Assembly (NCBI RefSeq): GCF_009914755.1
Contig: NC_060928.1
From: the human T2T-CHM13v2.0 reference genome, Homo sapiens
Direction: 5' to 3' (one strand)
Length of the DNA stretch: 64,000 nucleotides
A program made the translations under genes and the position numbers. Of this stretch, positions 1 to 14,265 are shown piece by piece. Within the stretch, counting starts at the first letter, position 1. Each line of letters opens with the position of its first letter. The notes beneath the pieces were generated by a model. That model was not told where the DNA came from. It ran no database searches and worked only from the letters and a program-made list of their open reading frames with translations.

Positions 1-125
1 TCAGTTTCCTCATCTGTAAAATGGAAATAATAATAACTGTGTAATAGGTTTATTATAAGGATAAAACAATGCTTACACAATGTCCAGCACATAGTATGTG
101 ATAAGAAGTTTTTGCTATTATTATT
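1..125 (+). mobile_element. MIR SINE fragment
   Basis: Core motif tcagtttcctcatctgtaaaatgg..ataataata and a (tta)n end. Confidence 0.8.
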
Positions 126-1526
126 ATCTCATTTGTGACTCACAAAAACTCTGTGAACTAGACAGGGGAGAGATTTGTATCCATGTTACATAGGTAAGAA
201 AATTGAGGCAGAAAGCTTTCATTCTGCTTTTTTCTTCTGGATTCTATAATGTATCCATTTATAAAGGGAATAATTATTCATTTATATAGGAACAAAATTC
301 AAAATTGAACTACTTAGTTTTGCTTACTTGTACAATAAAACAATGCTGGGAGTTATAATTTTTTTTTAAAAAAGTAAGCATTTTAAAACATTAGTCATTT
401 AAAAATACGTATTGAGTCTCTACTATACAAAGGCACTTAGTGCTATAGAATGTTTTTAAAAAAAGAATTTGGAATTAGATCACATTTCACATATTTAGCC
501 AAAATTTAACACATATAGAAATTATTTGTTTTTCATGCCAACAGTGGTAAAAATAAATTCTATAATGATGAGAGTATAAAAAATTACTTACTGGAGCAAC
601 ATGTTCAATAAGGAAAGGATTTATTGTAAAATCCACTACCTCACTAGTAGTTTGTTTTAAATTTCACCACTCATGAAGGTGATGAGATCTCAGTAGACTT
701 TCAGCCCTATGTAGTTTATTGGGAATCTCATTTAGTAATAGTTAAGATTTGAGTACGGGAGTAATGAATTCTAGGACTAACAGGGCAGGTCTGCATACCA
801 AAGCCTGGATTACACCAGCTGGGTATTGTGGTCCTTAATGTATTTGTAAAAGGCTCATTTAAATAACGCTCTCTAATTCAGAATCCTCTAAACTTAAAAT
901 CTATCATAAGTCAGAATCAAGTTGAGCAATTGTTTACCTTTTTACTCTCTGACTCTGCAAAGGAAGATTTTATGGAGAATAAGATCGTAAGGAAAGGCAT
1001 GTTCTACATACTCAAAAGGAAACATTTAAAATGAACTTCTAGTCTCCTTAAAATACACATAAAACATGTCATTTCTTTCTTTTAATAAATATACCTTTTA
1101 TATTCTAATAAATATACCTTCTAGGTATATTTAGTATATAAATGTATACCTAGGTATATATATTTATTAAAACCAGGTTCATTGATTTGAAAGATAAAAG
1201 GTATATTTATCTTTTATATTTATTATTAATTACTAAAAGATAAAAGGTATATTTATTATATACCTTTTGGGGAGACAAACATTCTGTCCATAAGATTGAT
1301 CTATAATTTTCATTTTCATATTGTCTTTGCTTTAAATATCTAGTTTCTACTTGATTCAAAACTACCTATCGGCATTTTCTATTTTCTCTAGAATATTTTG
1401 CATTTAATGGTGATTAATTGTTCCTTAAAAGTGTGATAAAACTTGTCTATAAAATTATCTGGGATTTTAAAATAAATTTTTAAAAGTAAGAATGATTTTT
1501 ATAGGTAGTTTTAAAACTACTGATTA

Positions 1527-1693
1527 TGATGGCAGCGGTGGCCCATCTGGAGATGCTGAGAAGATGCCAGCTGCAGTGCGGGAGGCATGGCCAGGGCTGC
1601 ATGCTCCACTGGCCGAAGTCGGTGGGAGCCGGGAACAGGTGGGAGCCCCACCCCCTTCTCAGCTGGCAGGGCAGGAGCCCTGCACTCCCGGGT
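1527..1693 (+). mobile_element. MER52-family ERV1 LTR, 5' fragment
   Basis: GC-rich island starting tgatggcagcggtggcccatctggag...gggagccgggaacaggtgggagcccc, resembling the MER52 5' end. It explains ORFs 1492+ and 1526+. Confidence 0.7.
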
Positions 1694-2117
1694 GTGAAAG
1701 TATGTTTAGTTCATATTATTAAACATGGTTTCTTTCTGGGTAGGGGAATTTGGTATGATTTTTTCCTTCTTGCTTTATGCTTCCAGTTTTCTATATTGCT
1801 TAAATTAAATAGTAGATATATAATTCTGATAAATAATAAAATTATTATTTTTAAAAGAGCTTTTAAAATAAACTTAAAAATATGACCATCTTCTCCGCCA
1901 TAAGTCTGGCTTGTTTTTGGTGAGGGATGTGGGAGTCAGCACGAAAGGGAAATTGTAGTACATGGGTCAAAGCAAAGAGGAAAAGGGAGCAAGTAGACTC
2001 TTCCTGACCTTTCTGGCTAGTATTTTCTGAGTTCTTATCATGTGCCAGACTGTAAGACTAGCCCCATTGACAAGTCTTGCAGTGGCTTCTTCTATAAAAG
2101 CAGCAGCAACCTCAACA

Positions 2118-2430
2118 AAGAAGGAAATCCTGCCATATGATATGGTATGCATGAAACTTGAGGACATTATGCTAAGTAAAATAAGCCAGTCACAAAAGGG
2201 CAAATACTGCATGATTCCACTTACCTAAAGTATCAAACATAGTCAAACTCATAGAAGCAGAAAAGCGGAATGATGGTTGCCAGAGGTTGGGCAGAAGGGG
2301 AAATGAGGAGTTGCTAACCAATGGGTATAGAGTTTCAGGCGTGCAAGATGAATGGGCACATTAACAAGTGTAATGTATACTCAAAACTTTGTTAAGAAGT
2401 TAGATTTCATGTTTTCTTTTTAACAATAAA
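2118..2430 (+). mobile_element. Old L1 (L1MA/MB) 3' fragment
   Basis: gaaacttgaggacattatgctaagtaaaataagccagtcacaaaagggcaaatactgcatgattccactta is the L1 ORF2 end and 3'UTR. Confidence 0.8.
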
Positions 2431-2516
2431 GAAATTAGAGATAGGACAAGATGGCTGACTAGACGCATACAAGTGGAACAGCTCCCCTGGAGGGACTGAG
2501 ATGACTGGCATGCTTT

Positions 2517-2942
2517 TTTGTTGTTGTTTTTTTAATAATTGTCTCATTTATTATCTTTCTTTTTTTTTCATATATACTTTAAGTTCTAGGGTACATGTGC
2601 ACAACGTACAGGTTTTTTACCTATGTATACATGTGCCATGTTGGTGTGCTGCACCCATTAATTCTTCATTTACATTAGGTATATCTCCTAATGCTATCTC
2701 TCCCCCCTCCTCCCACCCCACGACGGGCCCCCGTGTGTGATGTTCCCCATCCTGTGTCCAAGTGTTCTCATTGTTCAATTCCCACCTATGAGTGAGAACA
2801 TGGGGTGTTTGGTTTTCTGTCCTTGCGATAGTTTGCTGAGAATAATGGTTTCCAGCTTCATCCATGTCCCTACAAAGTCATGAACTCATCCTTTTTTATG
2901 GCTGCATAGTGTTCCATGGTGTATATATGCCACATTTTCTTA
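2517..2942 (-). mobile_element. 5'-truncated L1PA (about PA3-PA5) inserted into an older L1 5'UTR fragment (about 2440-3040)
   Basis: atactttaagttctagggtacatgtgcacaacg... is the L1PA 3' end in reverse. 16 bp TSD atgactggcatgcttt at 2501-2516 and 2943-2958. Confidence 0.9.
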
Positions 2943-3160
2943 ATGACTGGCATGCTTTAAACAGATCTTCAGAGGGAAGGTGCTGAGGGTGGATGGAGGG
3001 AAGACACAGAAGCTCAGCTGAAGAGGGAGAAAGTTGGCACCTGTAGGGCCAACTCTACTGGGAGGTTGACAGCGTTTGATGTGTCCCCAGGCATTTTCTG
3101 CTTCACTGCTTCTCATGATTGGCTGTGATATGACTGGCCAGTACCCAAACTCTAGAATAA

Positions 3161-3760
<600 letters not shown>

Positions 3761-4689
3761 AGGTCTCCATTTCTTTCCCACAGCAACCTCCCATATTATT
3801 CATTTAAAAAAATTTCTCATTAACTTTAAAGGACATATTATATGGTAACATAGTTACTGTGGCTTAACAGCCATCAGGACATCATAAATCAGTCTCCTGA
3901 AATGCACATTCTAGAGGATTATATTGAGTGCATATCTATAAACACATAGCCACAACAAAACAGACTCTCTGAGCTTGAGTACTTAAAACACAATGGAGGA
4001 ATTTGGAGGCCATTCCAATGAGAAAATTACAAAATTTTATATCTCCCACTTCCTGAGGTGATAACATTCCCATTAATACCTGCAACAGCAATGTTGGCCT
4101 TCCCATACTCTACAGACAAAATTGAAAACTAAAGTCTCTGTTCAATTGATTCAAGATAATTATTAAATTTTAAAATGAAGCAGTTTAATCTGTTTAAAAA
4201 TAGAAGCTCCAGGATAGACCTTTAAATTAAAATATATTTTTGTCCTTGTAAAGAAAACTTTACAAAAAAAGTTGTATTTATTATAGAATTAAAATGGTAT
4301 GAATTAGCAATATTATATTTTAGAAAAATAAAAAGAATTGAAATCGATCATGTTTGTTTCTGAGCCTGTCTTATAGAATTTCTCACTTTATTTCTCAAGT
4401 TGTAAGAATATGTTCATGTTGCAAGGCAGTTAGTAGACAACTGGCTGCTTGGGGACAGGACTTCTGTCTTATCCATCTTTATAGTCCATAGAGCCAAAAC
4501 CTGGAGTATGACATCCAATAAATAGCTACTGATTAACAAATGGTGCTTCACAGAATATTAACCTAGATTCTCCAAAATTTGAGACATCTCATACAATTTA
4601 GAAAAGTACACAGGCATGAGAATGGGTTTACACAGCTTAATATAATTACAAACAAGTACTATACCATAAGTCTTATTAATTCAAACACT

Positions 4690-5001
<312 letters not shown>

Positions 5002-6269
5002 TTAGATTAATGATCTGGAGCAGCAAAATAGAGAATAAAATGTGTTAACACTGAAACACAAGAAGTGGATTGCGTCAAATTGAAAAGATGTAAAGCTTTT
5101 GGTTTGGAAAACTCATTACCTTACTCATTTCAGCTACAAGTGAAAAGGCATATTTTCCAAAGGCACAAGTAACAGCAAACAGATTCCCACTGATGGGTTT
5201 TTTGCTCTCAACACAAAATTATACAAATACTTAAAACCTGAGACAGTCAACAAATTGAATAATTCAGGCAAAAGATTACATACAGTGCCAATTTTCTTTC
5301 AGAACCAGAGGAAAAAGTAAATTACATAGTTTGGGTTTTTTTGGTTTTTTGATTTTTGTTTTGACTTTCATCTGAGCCTTTGACTTTTAAAAGATCATTT
5401 TGACCAGTATTATTTTTACAATGCTGTTAACATGCTACTGTTTTGCTTGTTTTCCTTTTTTTCTCTCTGTGAATCAAAGGTATTATTAGGCTGTTCTTCC
5501 TAAAGAGGAAATTGTGATAATGAAGCTGGAGAGAAAAAATTTGAGCCACAAGCCCTTTTGATGTGACTGTTTGACTCTCACTTGCTGTATGTATTAATAT
5601 GGCATAAACATATAAGTTTTGGGGGCATTTGTCACCTGGGGGATATTGCAGGATTCATTTAGGAGAGAGGGTCAGGAGTCTTGCCAAGACATCTTTGAAA
5701 AAGGAAATCTAGGACTGTACCCAAAGGAGAGTGAAACAGTCACTGTTCCATTACTGCTTTCAGAAGCCTAGTTCTGCAGATGACTGAGTTTGCTCTTTCT
5801 GGGAGGAACCCAATACATCCTAGGGAAAGAATCATCTAAAGATGGAATGAGGAGGAAGGGAAGGAAATCAGGGAAAAGAGAAGAAGAGAATCCATTCTTA
5901 TATTCGAGCTACTTTTCTCTCTCTAGAATTGTGCAAGTCTTTACTAGAATGCTGACAACCAAACAAGCATGCAACGATTACTTAAATGTTGCACTCATTC
6001 TTGCTTAGATGTTGCTGTTAGCCAGAAGCCCATGTCTGAATCTCATAATTGTTCTTTCAGAATAAAGGATATGATTTAATATATAGAGGAGAGAAACCAA
6101 CTGGACCTGAACAATGGGGGTCTAACACTAGTGTCCACCAGAGCACATGGGAATGGCGTCTAGAGGTCATGACTACAGTGACTTTTGGAATATCACTAAG
6201 ACCTTGAGAAGCAGCTTAGGCAGACTTCAGACCCTCCAAGGTACCAACAAAATATTTTTTTCCTCTACA

Positions 6270-6522
6270 GCAGGTGCCCATAATCAGAATCCAAAGAACC
6301 AATGGCCCCTACATAAAATTTAGGCTGTCTATGAACTTGTATGGGGAAAAAATAACATCTCCATTTCCAATAACACCCAACTGAAATTTAGTATAATTAA
6401 ATTGCCAATGTAGGCAACAACTATAGAAAAAATTAGAAATCAGATATTTCCATCAATATAGAGTTGTTACAAACATTTCAAGATATTATTTATGCTCATC
6501 CCTATTATAAAATAATGGTTAT
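6270..6522. mobile_element. Old hAT-Charlie-like DNA transposon fragment
   Basis: gaacttgtatggggaaaaaataacatct...ctgaaatttag...aatgtaggcaacaa resembles a Charlie-family consensus from memory. Confidence 0.45.
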
Positions 6523-6523
6523 A

Positions 6524-6623
6524 GGTCGAGCACAGAGGCTCACGCCTGTATTCCCAGCACTTTGGGAGGCTGAGGCAGGCGGATCACTCAAGGTCAGGAG
6601 TTTGAGACCAGCCTGGCCAACAT
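6524..6623 (+). mobile_element. Alu left-arm fragment
   Basis: ggctcacgcctgtattcccagcactttgggaggctgaggc...agcctggccaacat; no right arm. Confidence 0.85.
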
Positions 6624-6764
6624 CCTTAACGGGTAAGAGATTTACCAGATTTCAGATATCTAATTAGACTCCCTTTCTCAAACTCTCCTCTAAGATAGTT
6701 GCCTGATGAGTAGTAATCCAGGTAAAACTCCAAGGCCTGCTCTGATCCTCTTAGCTGCATATTC

Positions 6765-7074
6765 TTTTTTTTTTCTTTTTTTTTTTTCTTTTTTAGATGG
6801 AGTTTTGCTGTTTCACCCAGGCTGGAGTGAAGTGGTGCGATCTCGGCTCACTGCAACCTCCGCCCCCAGGTTCAAGTGATTCTCCTGCCTCAGCCTCCCG
6901 AGTAGCTGGGATTACATGTGTTTGCCACCATGCCTGGATAATTTTTGTATTTTTAGTAGAGACAAGGTTTCACCATGTTGGTCAGGCTGGTCCCGAACTC
7001 TTGACCTCAGGTGATCCACCTGCCTCGGCCTCCCAAAGTGCTAGGATTACAGGTGTGAGCCACCGTGCCTGGCC
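6765..7074 (-). mobile_element. AluS
   Basis: Poly-T followed by the full reverse Alu; TSD agctg(c/t)atattctt. Confidence 0.92.
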
Positions 7075-8614
7075 AGCTGTATATTCTTGTAGAGCTCATG
7101 TTAAAGCTAATGAAAACATCTCATGTTAAAAACATAAAACTAAGAAGAAAGAACAACCTAAGGGTTTTGAATTGGTGCGTAAGCTTTCTACACCCAGTAA
7201 CTTTTGGGTATGAGTTTAGGGCATTTCGGTCCATGTCTAGTTATCAATGTAAATAAATCACTGCAATTTAGACAGCATCATGGTCATCATCCAAATCATT
7301 TTTTCTTCAGAAAGAAGACTATGTAGTTCACTGAGGGGGAAAAAGCTAGATATAAAGTGAATTCCCATTATTGGGGAAATGGTTGAAATAAATTATGGTA
7401 TAATGACAACATGGAATACTATTTAGTCATTATAACAATAGATTAGAATTAAGCTATTGCCTTGAAGATACTAACTTGAAGTATTCTTGGATGGGAAAGA
7501 TATTTTGTAAAAAAAAAAAAGTAATAAAAACAATGACCCAAATCCTCTATGTGAATATTATCCTGTGTACATGTATGTGTATATGTTCATATAAGATTGT
7601 AAGAGGATGGAGAAAACTATAAAATCATACATATTTGGCTATTAGGTTCTTCTTAGGCAGAGGAAAGGAGAAGAAATGAAGGAATTTATGCAAAAATGGG
7701 AAATAAAAACTTCAATTACAAATAACATATATATCATAATCACATTCATACATTATATAAAAGAGAAAAATCAATTCCCCATATTGAAGGAAATGAAAAA
7801 GAAGAAATCAGAGTGAATAAATAAGGTAAAAACAATTGAGGAGTAGGAAATAATCCCAGAACAGCAAAGTAAGATCCTCCAAAAATCTACTCCTCCACAA
7901 AAGCAGTGAAAACACTGGGAAAAAAAACTGTCAAAGTTAATTTTTTTTTACTAGAGAGCATCTGGAAAGATGGTGGGATAGGAAACACCAGCAATCTGTC
8001 TCCCCACCTAGACAACAATTGCACTGGCAGAATCTGTCTGATATAACTATTTTGGAACTCTGGATTCTATTGAATGTTTGAAAGTTTCAGAGGTGGGACA
8101 GAGCAGTTAAAGGAACAGAGTTTTTGTTTGTTATTGAAGTTAAACTGGTATAAATTCAAGTTAGAGTGCTATAACTTTAAGATGTTAAATATGATGCCAA
8201 TGGTAACCATAAATAAAATAGCTATCGAATATATATATATCCTTTGAGATTTTATATATATATATATGACAAAGGAAATGAAAAAGGAATTTAAACGTTT
8301 CAATATTAAAAAAAAAACTAAACACAAAAGAAGGCAGTAATCCAGGAAATGAGGGATGAAAAAAAGCTACAAGGTATATAAAAAACAAATAGCAAAATGA
8401 CAGAAGTAGGTCTTCATCAGTAATTACTTTAAATATTAATGGATTAAATTTTTTCAATCAAAAGACAGAGATTGGCAGAATGGGTTAAAAAAACCATAAT
8501 CCAACTATATGCTGTCTACCACAGACTCACTTTAGATTCAAAGACACAAATAGGTTGTAAGTGAAAGGATACATAAAAATATTCCCTGCAAATAATAACC
8601 AAAAGAAGAGAGTG

Positions 8615-8980
8615 GGATGACTCACTTATGATGGTTTGACTTTTATAATTTTTCAACTTTACAATTGTGCAAAAGTGACACACATTTAATAGAAACTGTA
8701 TTTTGAGTACTCATATAACCATTCTGTTTTTCACTTTCAGTAAGGTGTACAATAAAATACACGAGCTGTCCAATATGTTATTATAAAATAGGGTTTGTAT
8801 TAGATGGTTTGTCCAACTGTAGGCTAATGTAAATGTTCTGAGCACATTTAAGGTGAAGGCTAAGCTAAGCTACAATGTTCTATAGGTTCGATGTATTAAA
8901 TGTATTTTTGACTTACAATAGTTTCAACTTACAATGGGTTTATAAGGATATAACTCCATAATAAGTTGAGGAGAATCAGT
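8615..8980 (-). mobile_element. MER47A (Tigger-derived MITE)
   Basis: ttgtccaactgtaggctaatgtaaatgttctgagcacatttaagg...taagttgaggag matches reverse MER47A. Confidence 0.8.
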
Positions 8981-9012
8981 ATCCACAAAATAGGCTTTAA
9001 ATCAACAACGGT

Positions 9013-9303
<291 letters not shown>

Positions 9304-9441
9304 TTAGAAGAAATAAAGAAGGACATTTTATATTAATAAAAGGTTCAATATAAAAAGAAGATACAACAATTGTAAATATTTACACACCTAATGACAGACC
9401 GTCAAAATGTCTGACGCAAAAAATTGATAGAACTGAAAGAA

Positions 9442-9760
9442 GGCCAGGCGCAGTGGCTCATGACTGTAATCTCAGCACTTCGGGAGGCCAAGGTGGGCAG
9501 ATCACTTGAGGTCAGGAGTTCAAGACCAGCCTGGCCAACGTGGCAAAACCCTGTCTCTACTAAAAATACAAAAATTAGCCAGGCATAGTGGCGTGTGCTT
9601 GTAATCCCAGCTACTCAGGAGACTGAGTCAGGAGAATCGCCTGAACCCAGGAGGCGAAGGTTGCAGTGAACTGAGATCGTGCCACTGCACTCCAGCCTGG
9701 GCAACAGAGCAAGACTCCATCTCAAGAAAAAAAAAAAAAAAGAAAGAAAGAAAAAAAGAC
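9442..9760 (+). mobile_element. AluS
   Basis: Full dimeric Alu with A-rich tail. Confidence 0.92.
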
Positions 9761-11309
9761 AAGAAACAGACAAATCTACAATAATAGTTGGAGACTTGAA
9801 TACCCCACTCTCAATAATGGATAGAACAACTAGACTGAAGACAAGTAAGGAAACAGAGAAATAACACAATTCCACTTCTAGGTATAAACCCAAGAGAACC
9901 AGAAACGTTTTCACACAAAAACTTGCACGTGAATATTCACAGAAGCATTATTGATAATAGTTTTAAAAAATGTATATGCAATCCTAATTTCCAACAATGG
10001 ATGACTGGATAAAGAAAATGTGATAGAGCCATATGAAGGAATATTACTCAGCACTAAAAAGAAATGAAATACTGACACATGCTATATCACGGATGCATTC
10101 TGAAAACATCATGCAAAATAAAAGAAGGCAGATACAAAGGACCACATATTGTCTGTTGCTTTTTATATAAAAGTTTCAGAATAAGAAAATCCATAGAGAT
10201 TGAAACTAGATTAGTTTTGGCCAGGAGCTGAGGGAAAGGGGAAATAAGGGACAGGGAATATGCCTTTTTTTTTTGCAATGATGAGAATATTCTAAAATTA
10301 GATAGTGGTGATGGTCTGAAATAGAAGATTCAGGATCAGGTTATCAAAGATGTGATAAGAGAACAGAACACTTTAAGCTTTCAGCACATCAATTTACTCT
10401 CTTGTCACTTTAACTCCTCATCAGAGTTACTAGGTTATTTTATTGTGTTCCATATTATCTTTTACCCAAAAGATCTTGGTTGGCAAAAGTTTCCCCTTTC
10501 CTTAAAGTTAAATATATATTTAAATAGTTATAAAATACATAAGGAAAAAATGGTGAAAATAAAAACCCAGATATAGAATACAACCTAAAAAAAGTCCTTG
10601 CTGAAACATAGTATGAACATTAACTATGGGCCTTTTCCTTTTTCACATTATAATTTGTTTTCAAAATGTAACTAATGTTAACTCCAGAAGTACCAGATGT
10701 CACATAAAGCTTATTTCACTTTCACAAAACCTAACTGTACTACATAGTGTAATATGGGGGTATTCTGGTTAAAGCTTTACAAAATGCAGGATTCTATGTC
10801 TTGGCATGACATGAAGAACCCCCAAGAAAAATGTCTTAGGGAAAGACTATTTCTTGGTATTTTCCTACCCAGGATATTTGGGTAGAATAGAATGAATGTC
10901 TGGCCATTGTATTTTTGGACTGAAGTATATTTAAATAGCTTTTACATATGCCAGGAATTGAAAATAACATCTTAATTTGAGCATAATAAAAGAGGAGGAT
11001 AAAAATAAACTCTCTGCTCAGTGTTAATACAGATCTAAGACATTAAATGATATTTTAAGTAAAACTGGTGAAATAAACATCAAGTCATAGAAGTGTGATC
11101 AGGCACTTCTAGCAAAAGTGATAAATCATATATTAAAATTTAAAATGACTATAGTTCATTTATTTATTCATTCAGCTAATATTTTATTACACATTGACTA
11201 TACAGCAATAAAAACAACAACAAAATAATCTACTCTTTCTTCTCTCCCAGAACTTAAAATTTGTTTAATAATGTTACGGCAAAGAAAACAATAAGATTAA
11301 ATGATGATG

Positions 11310-11560
11310 AAAAACTTGAAAGAGCACTGATCTTGGAGTCCTAAGATCTGAATCAAAATTTCATGTCTACTAATTACTAGGCAAGTGATACTGGATACAT
11401 CAACTAATTTCTCTAAGCCTCAAATTCACACCGTGAAAAATGGGGTATGCTACTACCTGTCTGGTGTATTTCATCAGTTAATTATAAGGATCACAGAGAA
11501 AATATTCAAACATTCCCTAAAAACTCTAAAAGTTCTATAATCACAGGCTTGCATTATTAC
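11310..11560 (+). mobile_element. MIR
   Basis: gaaagagcactgatcttggagtc...ctctaagcctc...gtgaaaaatgggg. Confidence 0.65.
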
Positions 11561-12971
11561 TGAAATGTATGGAAAGCTATCCAATTTCTTGCAATAAATA
11601 ATTTTAGTTGATATTAACAGTATACTGAGAGTCTATGTGGCCAGACAGGAAAGACTAATGCTAACTGTCAAGTACATTAACAATATAAAATGACACATAT
11701 GCTAGGGTTTTGGCCTTTCTCCATTTAGCCATTCTAATTTGACCTGGATTTCCTCTACATGTCAATTTATGCTCATATTCACAAGCAATGTTCCAATCAT
11801 AGGAAGAGCAAATGAGTCAGACAGACTTCTATCAAACTTCCAATCTGAGCAACAACAGCCACATGTTTCTTTACTCTTCAGGACATGTATTTGTCAATCC
11901 TGTTTGAATCTTAACAAATAATGGAACTTTCAAAATAAAGACAAATGCACTTAGTAGAAGAAAATAACAATTACTGTAATTGCAACCACATTAACTTGAC
12001 TGAGTTTTTGTTTAAATTACTTCTGTACTTCTATGAAAAACACTGTTCTTAAGAATAATGAAGTGCTTAAGACATGACTGAAAAATAAAACCTCACAATT
12101 AAACCCATGAGGAAAATAAATTTAACTTGGCATAATTCTGGTTTGCAAAAATACTGTCAGGTAATGAACCCAAATCCATATGAATCACTGGTAAACACTA
12201 TGCACAACAAACAGTTAATACCTATAGGTGCTCTGTGAAACAGTGGAATCCAAACTGTCTGTCTCTTTTGGGTTGGAGAAATAGAATAATCCTGCTTTTC
12301 CTCAAACACTGGCAAACATATACTATGATAGCTAAAAGTCAACTTAATCCTTCCTTTCCTGGCTCAAAATAAAAATAAATACGCCATCTCAGACTTAAGA
12401 TGTGATATCCCTTTGTGGGTTTTCATGAAAGAGAGAGAAACACACAAGAAAATGATCATGGTTGGATGGGCTTTGTGTAATTTTCAATCACATAACCTTG
12501 TTTTAGAAAGTAGAAATGAAGAGCCAAGACAACTATGGAGAAAATTCTGGCAGTGGCTGTACTGTGCTCTGATTATTTTTTATTAGCATTGGTTGTATCA
12601 CACCCAAAGCTTCTTGGCATTTTCCATACAAATCCACTCCCACCGAGTATTCTGTATTCCGGAAGGGCAGTAACTTTATCAAAAGGTAGAGTCACATTCC
12701 AGAGCATATCATCTGTCACCTCTCACCAACTCACCACGCCCCATGTCCACACTTTCTGTCTTTTCTCTCTCCCAGCTCTTCTGGAATAACTAACAAATCC
12801 TTCCCTTTGCCCTCATGCAGAAGAGTTTGGCACATGCCATTTTTCTCAAGGTGTGATTTTTTTTTTTTGTCATTCACCAACATGTAAAATAAATTTTACA
12901 GCCAATAATAGCAGGTGAAAAGGGAAGCAAGATGAAAAAAGGACACATGAATGTCTCAAAAGGAAATAGGG

Positions 12972-13270
12972 GGCTGGGTGCAGTGGCTCATGCCTGTAAT
13001 CCCAGCACTTTGGGAGGCCGAGGCGGGTGGATCATGAGGTTAGGAGTTCAAGACCAGCCTGACTAACATGGTGAAACCCTGTCTCTACTAAAAATACAAA
13101 AATTAGCCAGGCATGGTGGCGCATGCCTGTAATCCCAGCTACTCAGGCGGCTGAGGCAGGAGAATCACTTGAACCCAGGAGGCAGAGATTGCAGTGAGCT
13201 GAGATTGTGCTACTGCATTCCAGACTAGGAGACAGAGAGACTCCATCTCAAAAAAAAAAAAAAAAAAAAA
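12972..13270 (+). mobile_element. AluS
   Basis: Full Alu with poly-A; TSD approximately aaagg(t)aaataggggg. Confidence 0.92.
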
Positions 13271-13592
13271 GGTAAATAGGGGGATAGCTCCCATTAAATC
13301 ACTCAGCATCCTGTTATTGAATTGGTCCTCCTGCAAGGGACCAACCACAAAGTCAGTGACTTAACTTACTTATTAACTCAAAATAAGTAACTTAAAACTT
13401 CAAAAACTTCAAAGCTGAAGCGCAAACTTTCACAGATGAACCACTACAAAATCAATGCCACTATACTGGGGCAAGCAGCATAAATTTTCAGACCTCAGAA
13501 ATATTGAATGGCATTGATACGTTTTCATTTCTTACTCAGTCCTACCTGAACATCTGGGCTAATGGCATTTCATGTTTAAGAATAGGGCACTC

Positions 13593-13910
13593 AGCAGGGC
13601 GCGGTGGCTCACGCCTGTAATCCTGGCACTTTGGGAGGCCGAGGCGGGCGGATCACTTGAGGTCAGGAGTTCGAGACCAGCCTGGCCAATATGGTGAAAC
13701 CCCATCTCTACCAAAACTACAGAAAAAAAAATTAGCTGGGCCTGGTGGCGGGTGCCTGTAATCCCAGCCACTCAAGAGGCTGAGGCAGGAGAATTGCTTA
13801 AACCTGGGAGGCGGAGGTTGCAGTGAGGTCAGATTGCACCACTGCACTTCAGCCTGGGTGACAAGAGCAAAACTCCGCCTGAAAAACAACAACAACAACA
13901 ACAACAAACA
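13593..13910 (+). mobile_element. AluS with (CAA)n tail, about 150 bp downstream of the exon 3 donor
   Basis: Full Alu; TSD aatagggcactcag. Confidence 0.92.
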
Positions 13911-14064
13911 AAATAGGGCACTCAGCTACGCTTACCAGGAAACTGAGTGGAGATTTTCCTGTGTGACAGGCAAGTGATTGTGAACTAAAAGCATTGGTTG
14001 CCAAACTTAAAAACCTACCTGTGGGACATTAAAAGCCTCTAGCATGTATCACCTTTGGACTTAC

Positions 14065-14265
14065 TTGTATTCCTGTGACTTTGGTCCCCTGGGAGAGAAG
14101 CATCCGTAGTCCAGGCTGGAACGTGTTGGTCGGGATGTGCAGTAGACACCACAGTGCTCTGGTTATAAATTGTATTTGTAAGAATAACATCGGACCCTTG
14201 GATTTCACCATCAGTGACCAAAGGTTCACTCCCATTTGATTTAAAATAGACCTTTTGTAATGTTC
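14065..14265 (-). CDS. CORIN: CORIN coding exon 3 (about aa 70-137): extracellular Ser/Thr-rich stalk preceding the first Frizzled domain
   Basis: Acceptor tttgtctttcag|GAAC and donor ACAA|gtaagt. Translates (G)TLQKVYFKSNGSEPLVTDGEIQGSDVILTNTIYNQSTVVSTAHPDQHVPAWTTDASLPGDQSHRNT(S), contained in track ORF 14039..14338. Sequons NGS, NQS and NT(S) correspond to N80, N104 and N135. Length 201 bp, phase 1-1. Confidence 0.97.

Noticed and set aside
1492-1885. Overlapping GC-rich ORFs resembling a small exon
   Set aside because: The GC-rich core matches a MER52 LTR fragment and the frames run on into AT-rich non-coding sequence.
4194-4203. MEF2 consensus TTAAAAATAG
   Set aside because: Isolated in very AT-rich sequence where such matches are expected by chance.
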